Shown piece by piece: positions 29,754 to 38,768 of a stretch of DNA of 64,000 nucleotides. The first letter of the stretch is position 1. Every line of letters starts with the position of its first letter. Made by a program: the position numbers and the translations under genes. The DNA is from Gammaproteobacteria bacterium (GTDB lineage Bacteria > Pseudomonadota > Gammaproteobacteria > Eutrophobiales > Eutrophobiaceae): the NCBI GenBank assembly GCA_965116495.1, contig OZ220696.1:224001-288000 (forward strand), written 5' to 3'. The notes below the pieces were generated by a model. It had not been told where the DNA came from. It did not search any database and saw only the letters and a list, made by a program, of their open reading frames with translations.

Positions 29754-30256
29754 ACCCCGATCTTCTCCAAAATCCTCCACAATGCTTTGTCTGTCTCTTT
29801 GACATCGGCTTCCTTCCATCTGAGGAGAGTGTTGGCGACATGGGTAATGCTCTCGGGCCGGTTGGACAGCAATGACCCCGACATTGTTGTTCTGCTGATG
29901 TAGCGCCCCTGATAGTTGATGGGGCCAGACCTGACGATTACTGCCGATTCCGATCGGGAAATCGGACGATTGTCGGATGATTCCGTCGTCCGGGTGCGGG
30001 CAAACCGGATTGGTGATTGTCGCCGCAGTGCAGCGACAATCTCTTCACCGGGGACGGTTTCATGAAGCTTGACCATCCAGGTAAGAGCGGAATAACTGTA
30101 ACCGCGACCGTATTCAGCGCTCAATTCTTGCGACAGTGTCGCAAGAATCCGCCTTCCATATTCAGTGCGTTCGTACTTAAGGACTTCTATTTGGATAGGT
30201 TTGCCAATAGCGAGACCGGCATTACTCTGGATGATGTTTTGATTATCCCGGTTCAT
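29750..30256 (-). pseudogene. Chimeric ORF: DUF1016 N-terminal fragment fused to an hsdM-like C-terminal tail
   Basis: R.EYG..ILATLSQEL..EYGRGYS (DUF1016_N-like), then ...TLLRWKEADVKETDKALWRILEKIGV resembling the HsdM tail; ATGA-coupled at both ends. Confidence 0.7.
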
Positions 30257-31830
30257 GCTTCAAACTGCTTGAGAATTGTGCGAAGTGCCCTGTCCGCCTC
30301 CTTCGCCTCAGCCTCAATCACGTCCAGTTCCTCAACGATCTCCGCCAGTGGCCGGTATATCTCCGCATCGCCGGTGTGAATATAGCGACTGGGGGAAATG
30401 TTGTAGTCATTTTTGCTCAATTCAGTGTGACCAACGATGCGGCTGAATTTTTCTTCTTCTTTCCACGCAGTCAGTGTCTCTACAATTCGGTCTATGCCCT
30501 CCCGTGGAACAAAGTTTTTGGGGTCGCCCTTCTCAAAAACCTGGCTGGCATTAACGAGGAATATCTTGCCTTGCCGGGGGGCGGGCTTGTCCTTGTTGAG
30601 GAAAATTACGATCCCCGGGGCAGAGGTGTTGTAGAACAGGTTTTCTGGCAGGTAGAGGACACTTTCGATAAGGTCCTGATCTACGAACCACTTTCGGGCG
30701 TCTTTCTCCTTATTTGTGCCGGCATTGCCTGAGCCGCGTGAAGCGGCGCCGGTGTCCAGCACGATGGCGGCGCGACCGCCTTGTTGGGTCCCGGATTTGG
30801 ATTTGAGGCTGGCCTGTATGTGCTGTAACCAGCCCCAGTCGGCGGACGATTTGCCCGGGAAACCGGCAGAGAAGCGATCCAATTCATCATTCTCATAGTC
30901 GGCCTCCGCGAACCAGTTCTGGTTCCACATGGGGTTGGCAACCACACGATCAAATGTGCGGAGCTTTCCGTTTTTCTCATTGCGGAACCTGGGGTTTTTG
31001 AAGGTATCGCCGATCTCAATCTTGCCCTCCATGTCATGGATGATCATGTTCATGTTGGCCATTGCCCAGGTTTCAGGGACATACTCCTGTCCGAACAGTT
31101 TGACGGGAGTGATATTTTTCTGTTTGGCGGTACGCATTTTTGCTTCCATGGCGAGTTCGCACCTGATCAGAAGGCTCCCGGAACCGCAAGTCGGGTCGTA
31201 AATCTCCATACCCGGGTCGGGAGAGAGTGTGCGAGCCATGATTTCGCTGACTTCGCCAGGGGTGTAAATCTCGCCGGCGCTCCTGCCGCTGTTCTCGGCA
31301 AATTTACGGATGAGGTATTCGTAACTCTTACCAATGATGTCTGCCTCGACGTCCTCAAGCCCCAGGCGCTTGGTGCTGATGGCCTCGATGAGGTTGGAGA
31401 GACGGTCGTCATCAAGATCGCGCTGGCCGTGAGTAGTGGCATTGAAATCCACGCGGTCAATGATGCCTTCCAGCAGCGGATTTTTACGAGCGATAGCCCG
31501 CATATGGGTGGTGACGCCTTCACCAATCTTGTCCGAAAGCTTACGTATGACCGACCAGACCGGCTGTTCGGGATCGTCCGGTTCGAGCGGAAGAAAGAAG
31601 CGGACGAGTTCATGGTCTGCCTTAACGAGTTGGAAGGCCTTCCTGCGCGAGCCGATCTCCTCGGCAATACGATTTACTTCGTCATCGAAGACGTCGCAGA
31701 GGCGCTTGGTGAAGATGAGGGGGAGAATATAGTCCTTGTATTTTGCTGCGTCCTTGGCCCCGCGTATGGAGCAGGCGGCGTCCCATATCCACGATTCGAT
31801 GGATTTGTCTTTGGAAACAGGCTCAGCCAT
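30253..31830 (-). CDS. hsdM: Type I DNA methyltransferase subunit M
   Basis: IWDAAC.IRG, GEIYTP, YDPTCGSGSLL, GQE, ANPMW motif IV, LPENLFYNT. Confidence 0.95.
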   Translation of the reverse strand: MAEPVSKDKSIESWIWDAACSIRGAKDAAKYKDYILPLIFTKRLCDVFDDEVNRIAEEIGSRRKAFQLVKADHELVRFFLPLEPDDPEQPVWSVIRKLSDKIGEGVTTHMRAIARKNPLLEGIIDRVDFNATTHGQRDLDDDRLSNLIEAISTKRLGLEDVEADIIGKSYEYLIRKFAENSGRSAGEIYTPGEVSEIMARTLSPDPGMEIYDPTCGSGSLLIRCELAMEAKMRTAKQKNITPVKLFGQEYVPETWAMANMNMIIHDMEGKIEIGDTFKNPRFRNEKNGKLRTFDRVVANPMWNQNWFAEADYENDELDRFSAGFPGKSSADWGWLQHIQASLKSKSGTQQGGRAAIVLDTGAASRGSGNAGTNKEKDARKWFVDQDLIESVLYLPENLFYNTSAPGIVIFLNKDKPAPRQGKIFLVNASQVFEKGDPKNFVPREGIDRIVETLTAWKEEEKFSRIVGHTELSKNDYNISPSRYIHTGDAEIYRPLAEIVEELDVIEAEAKEADRALRTILKQFEA

Positions 31831-31990
31831 GTGGGTAATTCTTAAACTGCAGAAAATCCTATGTTGATTGGTTTTTGTGCTTTATCCCGGATTGTACAGA
31901 ATTTAATGAAGACGGGAATTTATAATCCTAACGAACTACGGGAGTAATGGAGTCAAACAGACACAGGAGTTCTGAAAATGCTTCAAGGGT

Positions 31991-32530
31991 TCAGAGCCTT
32001 CTCCAATCAACCAAGTCTTCAACTTTCAGTTTCTTTTTAGGCCAGCGAGGCATCCAGGCGGGAGGTTCTGCAGGAAAGCCGACGCCGATGCACAGGCTGG
32101 GGTCCAACTCGTCCGGCAGATCCAGCAACACCCGCAGGGCTTCCGTGCTGAATGAAGTCATGGGGCCGGCGACCAGTCCGGTTGCATGCGCGGCCAGGAG
32201 CATATTCTGCGAATAGTGTCCGACGTCGTAATAGACCTCTTCATAGCTCTTTACCAGGCAGTCATGGCCGGCCAGCGTCCAGTCGATGCAAATGAAGATC
32301 AGTGCAGACGGTAACCCGGCAACCATTCCCGGGAAAAAGAGCTTGATTTTTTTAATCAGGTCCTTATCCGTTATACAGACAAAACGGTGAACGCGCATAT
32401 TGCCGCCTGTCGGCGCCCAGCGCCCCGCTTCCAGAATAGTCCATAACATCTCATCGGGTACGGCCTTGTCCTGGTCGTAGTATTTGGCGACCCGTCTGGT
32501 ACGGATCGCTTCCAGTGTGTCAAGCGTCAT
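31991..32530 (-). CDS. Nitroreductase family protein
   Basis: AIRTRR, ILEAGRWAPTGGN, DVG...QNMLLAAHATGL, IGVGFP. Confidence 0.9.
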   Translation of the reverse strand: MTLDTLEAIRTRRVAKYYDQDKAVPDEMLWTILEAGRWAPTGGNMRVHRFVCITDKDLIKKIKLFFPGMVAGLPSALIFICIDWTLAGHDCLVKSYEEVYYDVGHYSQNMLLAAHATGLVAGPMTSFSTEALRVLLDLPDELDPSLCIGVGFPAEPPAWMPRWPKKKLKVEDLVDWRRL

Positions 32531-32858
32531 TGTTGCTCTCCCCGAAGTCTCTCTCCTTTACGATTTGGGCCAGTTCAGTGATTTTTTCGCTCAAATATTG
32601 TTTGAAAGCATCGAGGTCGCCGCCCTGCGTCCGGGCAGATTCGACCGGCATCCGTTTATTCAGGTCATCAAGGAATTGCGCCAGGTCTCCGGCGGATCTT
32701 GGCGCCCACATGCCGGCCATCCGATCAGCGACGCTGACCATGCGCAGTACCGCATAATCCGGCGGTTCCTTGAGCAGGCCCTGGGCACTGGTCAGGATGT
32801 AAGCGATTAATTCTATCGCTTCGTCTTCATTCAATGTGATGTTGTCGTCGTTATTCAT
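32520..32858 (-). CDS. Small helical protein, DUF6092-like
   Basis: EL.AY..TSA.GL..EP..Y..LR pattern; overlaps the nitroreductase start. Confidence 0.6.
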   Translation of the reverse strand: MNNDDNITLNEDEAIELIAYILTSAQGLLKEPPDYAVLRMVSVADRMAGMWAPRSAGDLAQFLDDLNKRMPVESARTQGGDLDAFKQYLSEKITELAQIVKERDFGESNNDA

Positions 32859-32866
32859 ATTCCTCT

Positions 32867-34063
32867 TTACTGTTGTGCCAGGTCTTTGCGGTCTACATAG
32901 GTAAATACGCCGGCGCCGGTGATGAAAACCAATGCAGTGATAGTGAGCATGGCAGTAACACCCCAGAATTCCAGGGCAAAACCGTTGATGACAGGGCCGA
33001 TTACAGAGCCGAGAGCTTCACTCGCGGGGATCAATGCAACGAAACGGCCAACCTTATCAACTTCGGCTATCAGCGCCATAATCAGACAAAAACCGGCGTT
33101 TATCCAGAATTGGAATGAGCAGACGAGAACCAGATAGATCATATCCGATAAAGAAAGCCCATCCAGTAAAAGCAAGGTTAATACAATACATAGAATCGTA
33201 ATGCCATAGCCGTAATACATGGGAATACGTCTGCGAAACCAGGCAGCCAACGGTGCGCCTATTGCGCCAAACAGAGTACCAATCGCTAAAGCATAACCAG
33301 TTGCCGCGGGCGAGAGATCGGCATAATGGGCAATCCTTTCAAAAAATGTCCATGCCCCACCGAATCCCAGTGTGAACGTTACCATCACCAGGTGAGCCAG
33401 CAAAGGTTGGGAGATAAGGCCTTTGCCTGTCTCAACGCTCCCCAATTTGTTTTCGGTAATTCTTACGGGCGATTTTTTGTCTGAATTATTGCCGACGGGA
33501 ATGATTGGGATTAAAAATAATGATAATAGTGTCGTTCCGCACATCAGGTAAACCACGCCGGCAAAACCGGCAGATCCGCTTGCCCAGGGGAACAGTGCCA
33601 ATAATACGGCCGCGCTGCTCACGGAACAGATGATCATAGTGCTGAAGCCTTTCTCCGGCCTGGAACCGTCACCGAGTATGGTGATGGAGGGCGAAGCGAA
33701 TAAGCCGCTGCTTAAACCGTTCAGCAAATTTAACCAGATCAGTGCCGGGTAATTCTCCGTCATGCCCATCAGGGCAAATGTGAGGCCCATCAGTACAATT
33801 CCGACCGAGCAGGTAACCCGCCAGTTTACTTCCCTGATCCAGAGGTAGGCGCTGGCCCCCGAGAGTCCGAATCCGGCAAAGAATACGCTGGCAAAAATTC
33901 CCAGCCGTGATTCCGGCCATTGGAATGATTCGGCGGCGGCGCCGACTATTCCCGGCGTGACTGCCCCCGGCATAACGGCAAATGAAAACAGGAGGGCGGC
34001 AGCGAGGATAACCGGAAAACGATCCACATCAGGGTTTGCCGCCCCTGTGGTGATTGCAGTCAT
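32867..34063 (-). CDS. MFS transporter
   Basis: About 12 hydrophobic segments, W.F.ERI motif, 398 aa. Confidence 0.88.
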   Translation of the reverse strand: MTAITTGAANPDVDRFPVILAAALLFSFAVMPGAVTPGIVGAAAESFQWPESRLGIFASVFFAGFGLSGASAYLWIREVNWRVTCSVGIVLMGLTFALMGMTENYPALIWLNLLNGLSSGLFASPSITILGDGSRPEKGFSTMIICSVSSAAVLLALFPWASGSAGFAGVVYLMCGTTLLSLFLIPIIPVGNNSDKKSPVRITENKLGSVETGKGLISQPLLAHLVMVTFTLGFGGAWTFFERIAHYADLSPAATGYALAIGTLFGAIGAPLAAWFRRRIPMYYGYGITILCIVLTLLLLDGLSLSDMIYLVLVCSFQFWINAGFCLIMALIAEVDKVGRFVALIPASEALGSVIGPVINGFALEFWGVTAMLTITALVFITGAGVFTYVDRKDLAQQ

Positions 34064-34779
34064 GATATGCGCCGTGAAATACCTAGCGGTTCAGGGTAAC
34101 TGACCCGGCTTGGCGATAAATCCAAATCTACAAGGGCTTCCGCAAGTTTTACGGCCGCCGAAGGACCGTCAACGACAGGGACCGGGCAGTCTTTTTCGTG
34201 GAGCCGTTCCTGTAATCGTTGTGCCAGGTGCGACGTTAATGTGCATGCAGGTATTATTACATGAGCACGATCCTCGACAATTGCAGCTATCGCAGTTTGT
34301 TCGAGAACGTCCAGTGTTGTTGCATCACTGGAGCGGATACCTTCAAGACCACAGGACAGGTAGCGAATTGAAGCAAGCATTGGTGCCAATTGGTGATGCG
34401 CCACCAGCCGTTCCATCAGCGTTATTTGCTGTAAGGGGTATAAAATTGAAAATTTGTAACCTAATGTGGCCGCCAGGTTCATGGCGGCATGCCCCGGCCC
34501 GATTACCGGTATATCTACCAGGCGCCGGCCTTCTTCCACGCCCGGGTCTTCCATACAGTCAATGATGACGGCATCCGCCATGTCCTGCTCTGCTTCCATA
34601 ATTTGTTGCAGGATTTCCGGTAACATAAAACTGTCACTGGGATCAGCCTCCGGCGGTACCCGCTTATCCAGCAGGCGCGTACTGACCTGCGTGCCGGGTC
34701 TTGCCCAGCGTGCGTAAAGGGCCTGCCTGTCGGCCAGCAAGTCAGGGTTTGAGGTGGGCAGGACGACGCCGATCTTCAC
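34060..34779 (-). CDS. Asp/Glu/hydantoin racemase family protein (1)
   Basis: IIDCMEDPG, IPVIGPG, IIPACT, PVVDG: both catalytic Cys present. Confidence 0.88.
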   Translation of the reverse strand: MKIGVVLPTSNPDLLADRQALYARWARPGTQVSTRLLDKRVPPEADPSDSFMLPEILQQIMEAEQDMADAVIIDCMEDPGVEEGRRLVDIPVIGPGHAAMNLAATLGYKFSILYPLQQITLMERLVAHHQLAPMLASIRYLSCGLEGIRSSDATTLDVLEQTAIAAIVEDRAHVIIPACTLTSHLAQRLQERLHEKDCPVPVVDGPSAAVKLAEALVDLDLSPSRVSYPEPLGISRRIS

Positions 34780-34788
34780 AGGTCAATC

Positions 34789-35514
34789 TCATGGGTGAAT
34801 TATTTTTTTCCGGGGCGGGTCGGGGTAAGTCAGTTTGCTGTGACACAGGCGCAGGTCAACCAGGCTCTCAGCCAGTTTCACCGAGGCCGCCACCGGGTCG
34901 ATGACCGGCACGTTAAAACCTTCTGCCGCCAGGTTTGATTTTATCTCCCCGACTATACCGCTCAGGCCTGTGCAATCAAATGTGATGGCTTCGGCGCGAT
35001 CTTCCGTCAATGCCAGCAAGGCTGCCTCTGTCATGGCACGGATGGATTTTTCCCGATCCTGGAATAATTCAAGCACCGGCATATTCATTACCCTTACGGA
35101 TGCAACCCGGTCCAGCACCCCATAAACACGGAACATGCGGTCCAGGTCAGGGATGTCCCGTTCCAGAATGGCCACCACGGAAAATTTTTGTGCCAGCGCA
35201 GTGGCAAGAGAGAAGGCGGCCTGGGCGACGCCAATCACCGGAATCGATGCAAGTTCCCTGGCTGCATCCAGACCTGGGTCGGATGCGCAGTTGATAATTA
35301 CCGCATCCATCCCGTCCGCCTGGGCTTTTTCCACCTGGCGCAAGGTGTCCGGCAGGGCCAGTGCTTCGTCGTATTCACTTTCTATAGATGCGGGGCCGCG
35401 TTCGATAATGACGTGGGAAAGTTTAGTATCAGGCCGGGCAACAGAGCCAAACTCACGCTCGCTTTCAGCGAGGACTTCCCTGGTGATGACCGGAGTGATG
35501 ATACGGATTTTCAT
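34789..35514 (-). CDS. Asp/Glu/hydantoin racemase family protein (2)
   Basis: GPASIE, IINCASDPG, FDCTG, PVIDP, HSK.TYP. Confidence 0.92.
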   Translation of the reverse strand: MKIRIITPVITREVLAESEREFGSVARPDTKLSHVIIERGPASIESEYDEALALPDTLRQVEKAQADGMDAVIINCASDPGLDAARELASIPVIGVAQAAFSLATALAQKFSVVAILERDIPDLDRMFRVYGVLDRVASVRVMNMPVLELFQDREKSIRAMTEAALLALTEDRAEAITFDCTGLSGIVGEIKSNLAAEGFNVPVIDPVAASVKLAESLVDLRLCHSKLTYPDPPRKKIIHP

Positions 35515-35529
35515 GATTCAAGAGAGTGA

Positions 35530-36573
35530 TTATTTCCGTAACAGGGGCATCACTTCCTCGGCAAACAGGCGCATGCCGCCCAGCCAGCGGCCCGCCCATC
35601 CGGAAAAACCACCGGTATCCACGTCAACATCATCACAGGCCACGAAGGAACACATCATTTCATTAAACCCCTTATCGAAAACTGCTGTCTGTAATTTTTC
35701 CGCTATGGTATCAGGACGTCCGAATACCATCAGGTCGGGGTCGGCCCCTTCAGGTACGATTGCCTGTGTCGCGGTCTGGGGTTCCGTATCGATGGGAAAA
35801 CTGGTAATTTCGTGAACATTCTTTCTCGCCTTTGCCTCGTTCTCATCGTTGCGAAATACAATGTAGGCTGAACGCAAGGCAGTATAGTCTTCCTCACTAC
35901 GGCCTGCTGCCTGCCACTCTTCCTGAAACGCGTTCACTACAGTGCGCACTGTTTCTTCATGACCCCACATCATTGCCAGGGCATCACCCTGTTGCGCGGC
36001 AATTCTCGGCATTAATCTTTTACTGGTATTACAGGCAATATAAATCGGCGGGTTTGGTTTCTGTATGGGTTTGGGACTTAATATGGCATCTCTCAACTGG
36101 AAATGCTCGCCGGCGTAATTGGCAAGTTCCTCAGTCCACATGCACTTCATCACTTCGATGGTTTCTATCAGTATCTGCCGTCTCTCCTGAATAGTGTCGG
36201 GGAAGCGCTGTCCGATCATCTCATACTGGTGCCAGTCGTCCCCGGCGCCCAGTCCGACGCTGACACGGCCATTGGAAATAACGTCGATCGACGCAATGGT
36301 CTTTGACAGCAAGGGGGCGAATCGTCTTACTGCCGGGGTGGCCATGGATCCTAAGCGGATGGTTGTCGTGCTTGCTGCAATGGCTGATAGAAAACTCCAG
36401 GTGTCAAAAATCTCGATGTCTCTCGGGATGGGTGCATGGCCGGTAATGTTGTCCTGGGTCCAGATGGCTTCAAAGCCGAGTTGTTCCGCTTCCCGGGCAA
36501 CGGCCTGGTAGAAGGGAAAAGTAAAACCGCTGCCGTAACCCATGAACAGGCTGAATGTTCGCTTGTTATTCAT
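35530..36573 (-). CDS. LLM-class (luciferase-like) flavin-dependent oxidoreductase
   Basis: AEQLGFEAIW, AIAAST..IRLG, D.ISNGR..VGLGAG, PKPIQKP.PPI. Confidence 0.9.
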   Translation of the reverse strand: MNNKRTFSLFMGYGSGFTFPFYQAVAREAEQLGFEAIWTQDNITGHAPIPRDIEIFDTWSFLSAIAASTTTIRLGSMATPAVRRFAPLLSKTIASIDVISNGRVSVGLGAGDDWHQYEMIGQRFPDTIQERRQILIETIEVMKCMWTEELANYAGEHFQLRDAILSPKPIQKPNPPIYIACNTSKRLMPRIAAQQGDALAMMWGHEETVRTVVNAFQEEWQAAGRSEEDYTALRSAYIVFRNDENEAKARKNVHEITSFPIDTEPQTATQAIVPEGADPDLMVFGRPDTIAEKLQTAVFDKGFNEMMCSFVACDDVDVDTGGFSGWAGRWLGGMRLFAEEVMPLLRK

Positions 36574-36639
36574 CCGGTTTACCCAGAGACCTGCCCGATC
36601 ATTTTAATCACCACACGCAAAAATGGGGAACCTGCGTCC

Positions 36640-36664
36640 GGGGACAGATTTGAAATCTGTCCCC
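36640..36664. repeat. REP-like palindrome
   Basis: GGGGACAGATTT-G-AAATCTGTCCCC, perfect 12-bp arms, intergenic. Confidence 0.7.
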
Positions 36665-36693
36665 TATGGCAACATAAACGCGGCCATGGCAGC

Positions 36694-37776
36694 TCATACA
36701 TCACAGAATATCCTGCCGTTTTCTGCAAATACATCATCGTCAAGCAGGATCTTTGGCTGCAGGACTGTCCAGTCCCAGTGAACGGATGATTTACTCAATG
36801 CCATATCCAATTCCATATCTCCAATGTTGCTGAGCATACTCAGGTCACCCATGCCGCAGGTGATGGAACTGTAGACTCGTTCCCATTCCTGGCTCTGGGT
36901 GAGTAGGGCATTGGGGTTATTGCCGATATTGAAATGCACCGGGCCGTTATAAGCGCCGTCATCGCCTAAGTCTTCCAGCCATTGTTCCAGGCGTGAGGCA
37001 AGCACAGGGTCACCGCCTATATTAACCAGGCGGCCTTTCTCAAAGGTAAGACGGACAGGAGTATCCGGTTTTTCGTGATAGTCAGGGTGGTACAACAGGG
37101 TTCCGTCTACATTAATGGTTCCGTTGCCAAGTCCCATGGGCACCAGTACTCCAGGCTGGGCGGGAGGCAAAAATGCCCATGGCGCTTTCCATTCTTTCTT
37201 GTCGGGGTCCCACAGAAACCCGTCTCCCGCGGCGCCGTCAAGGTCAGCTATATCCAGGGTAAACTCATCTTGTCCGGTGGATACGGTACAGAACTTTGCT
37301 TCGGTAAAGCGTTCGGCAATCCGGTCCGCGTGCCGCCTGATCGCGTGAATATCGGTATGCAGCATGGTGCGGATCAAAACATCATCCATAAACGGCCCAC
37401 CAATGCCGTCACCCGGACAGAGGATGCGTGCCCCATTATTAATGGCATCGATGATGAATGTTGCATAGCCTACTGCCATATCGATAATCAGGTCGGCTTC
37501 CAGAGCCGCCGCGGCCAGCATGGACGGCCAATGTGAGCCGGGTTGGTAGGTCGCACCGCCTCTCGGAATACGGCATTCAACCCGGATGGCCTCTGCTCCC
37601 ATTGTCTGCGCCAGCCCGTGAAACGTTGCAACGACATAATCAGGCGTGCGGGCATCGCTGATAATCAATACCTTGTGCTCCGGTTGCAGGTTACAGACGT
37701 CCCTGTATATCAGGTTTACAACTTCAATAAAATCCGGTTTGAGCCTGGATGAGTTGTCAGGTGTAATGGCTGCCAT
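36694..37776 (-). CDS. M29-peptidase/NicX-fold metalloenzyme (paralogue 1)
   Basis: NG.I.VDG, P..LTFEKG, VHFNIGNNPNA, C-terminal HWD; GGAGG RBS before ATG 37776. Confidence 0.75.
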   Translation of the reverse strand: MAAITPDNSSRLKPDFIEVVNLIYRDVCNLQPEHKVLIISDARTPDYVVATFHGLAQTMGAEAIRVECRIPRGGATYQPGSHWPSMLAAAALEADLIIDMAVGYATFIIDAINNGARILCPGDGIGGPFMDDVLIRTMLHTDIHAIRRHADRIAERFTEAKFCTVSTGQDEFTLDIADLDGAAGDGFLWDPDKKEWKAPWAFLPPAQPGVLVPMGLGNGTINVDGTLLYHPDYHEKPDTPVRLTFEKGRLVNIGGDPVLASRLEQWLEDLGDDGAYNGPVHFNIGNNPNALLTQSQEWERVYSSITCGMGDLSMLSNIGDMELDMALSKSSVHWDWTVLQPKILLDDDVFAENGRIFCDV

Positions 37777-37796
37777 GGTATTTAAACCCTCCGTTA

Positions 37797-38579
37797 TCAG
37801 TTTATGGTAATACGGTTGCCGACGGGTGGTTCGTCCTGAAACAGTCCGAATTCCTCTATACTCTCTTCGGGTGGCGGAGCACAGCTCCATTTTCGGCTCG
37901 GCTTCCAGCCGAACCTGTTTTTGATGTCTGCCAGGTGCTCTGCCGTTTTATAAGCCGCATAAACACTATCAACGACCGGTACATCCAGTTGCTCCTGTAG
38001 CTGCCGGTAAAAACCGAATTCAAGGGTACAACCGAGAATAATGCCTTCCGCAAAGTCATGTTTAATCGCTTCACCTGCATGCTGCAACATGGCTTGTTCC
38101 GTGAGTTGTTTATTGTGCAGGAAGTCGGTCGTAGTCAGGCCCATCGCCCGTATGGATGCCAGTTGTCTGCCGTAACCGTAATGATGAATATTGTCATGCA
38201 TCTGGTTCACTTCTTTCTGACTGCCGACAATGACGGAAAACCGGTTACACAGGTTGGCCATGATTTGAATACTGGCCTGGCAAGGTCCTACTACGACCAT
38301 TTCCCCGGATATTTCCCGTGCGTCGGCAAGGATGGGATCGTAAAAACAACCCAGTACTGCTGCATCATAATGGTTGTTTGCCGCATGGCGTACCAGGCGG
38401 ATGATATCGGTATAAAACAGCGCTTCATAGGCGCGGTATTCCAGGTCAACGGGGGAAGGCGATGTATTAAGTGATACCACATCCACTTCAGCCTCTGCTG
38501 ATTTAATATCCCTTATCAGAGCTGCGATTGCCTCATCGGCATAAGGCCGCCCCAAAGGATTAACCCAGATGATTTTCAT
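37797..38579 (-). CDS. Asp/Glu/hydantoin racemase family protein (3)
   Basis: WVNP, LGCFYDP, AREIS, ILGCT, VPVVD. Confidence 0.9.
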   Translation of the reverse strand: MKIIWVNPLGRPYADEAIAALIRDIKSAEAEVDVVSLNTSPSPVDLEYRAYEALFYTDIIRLVRHAANNHYDAAVLGCFYDPILADAREISGEMVVVGPCQASIQIMANLCNRFSVIVGSQKEVNQMHDNIHHYGYGRQLASIRAMGLTTTDFLHNKQLTEQAMLQHAGEAIKHDFAEGIILGCTLEFGFYRQLQEQLDVPVVDSVYAAYKTAEHLADIKNRFGWKPSRKWSCAPPPEESIEEFGLFQDEPPVGNRITIN

Positions 38580-38768
38580 ATCGGTTTATTGGCGGAGTGG
38601 ACAAGGATACGGGAACAAGCATAACTGATGCTTTAACTGTAATCTATCAGATTGTTGAAAAGTAAAATTCGTGATTTTCACATGTACACGGAAAATGGGT
38701 TCACTTAAGGTATTCTGAAGGTAATCCAGAACAAAAATAACGGGTTTATTCCTGATACTATAGACAGC

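Noticed and set aside
38668-38685. CRP-like site GTGATTTTCACA
   Set aside because: Half-site spacing is 3 nt rather than 6
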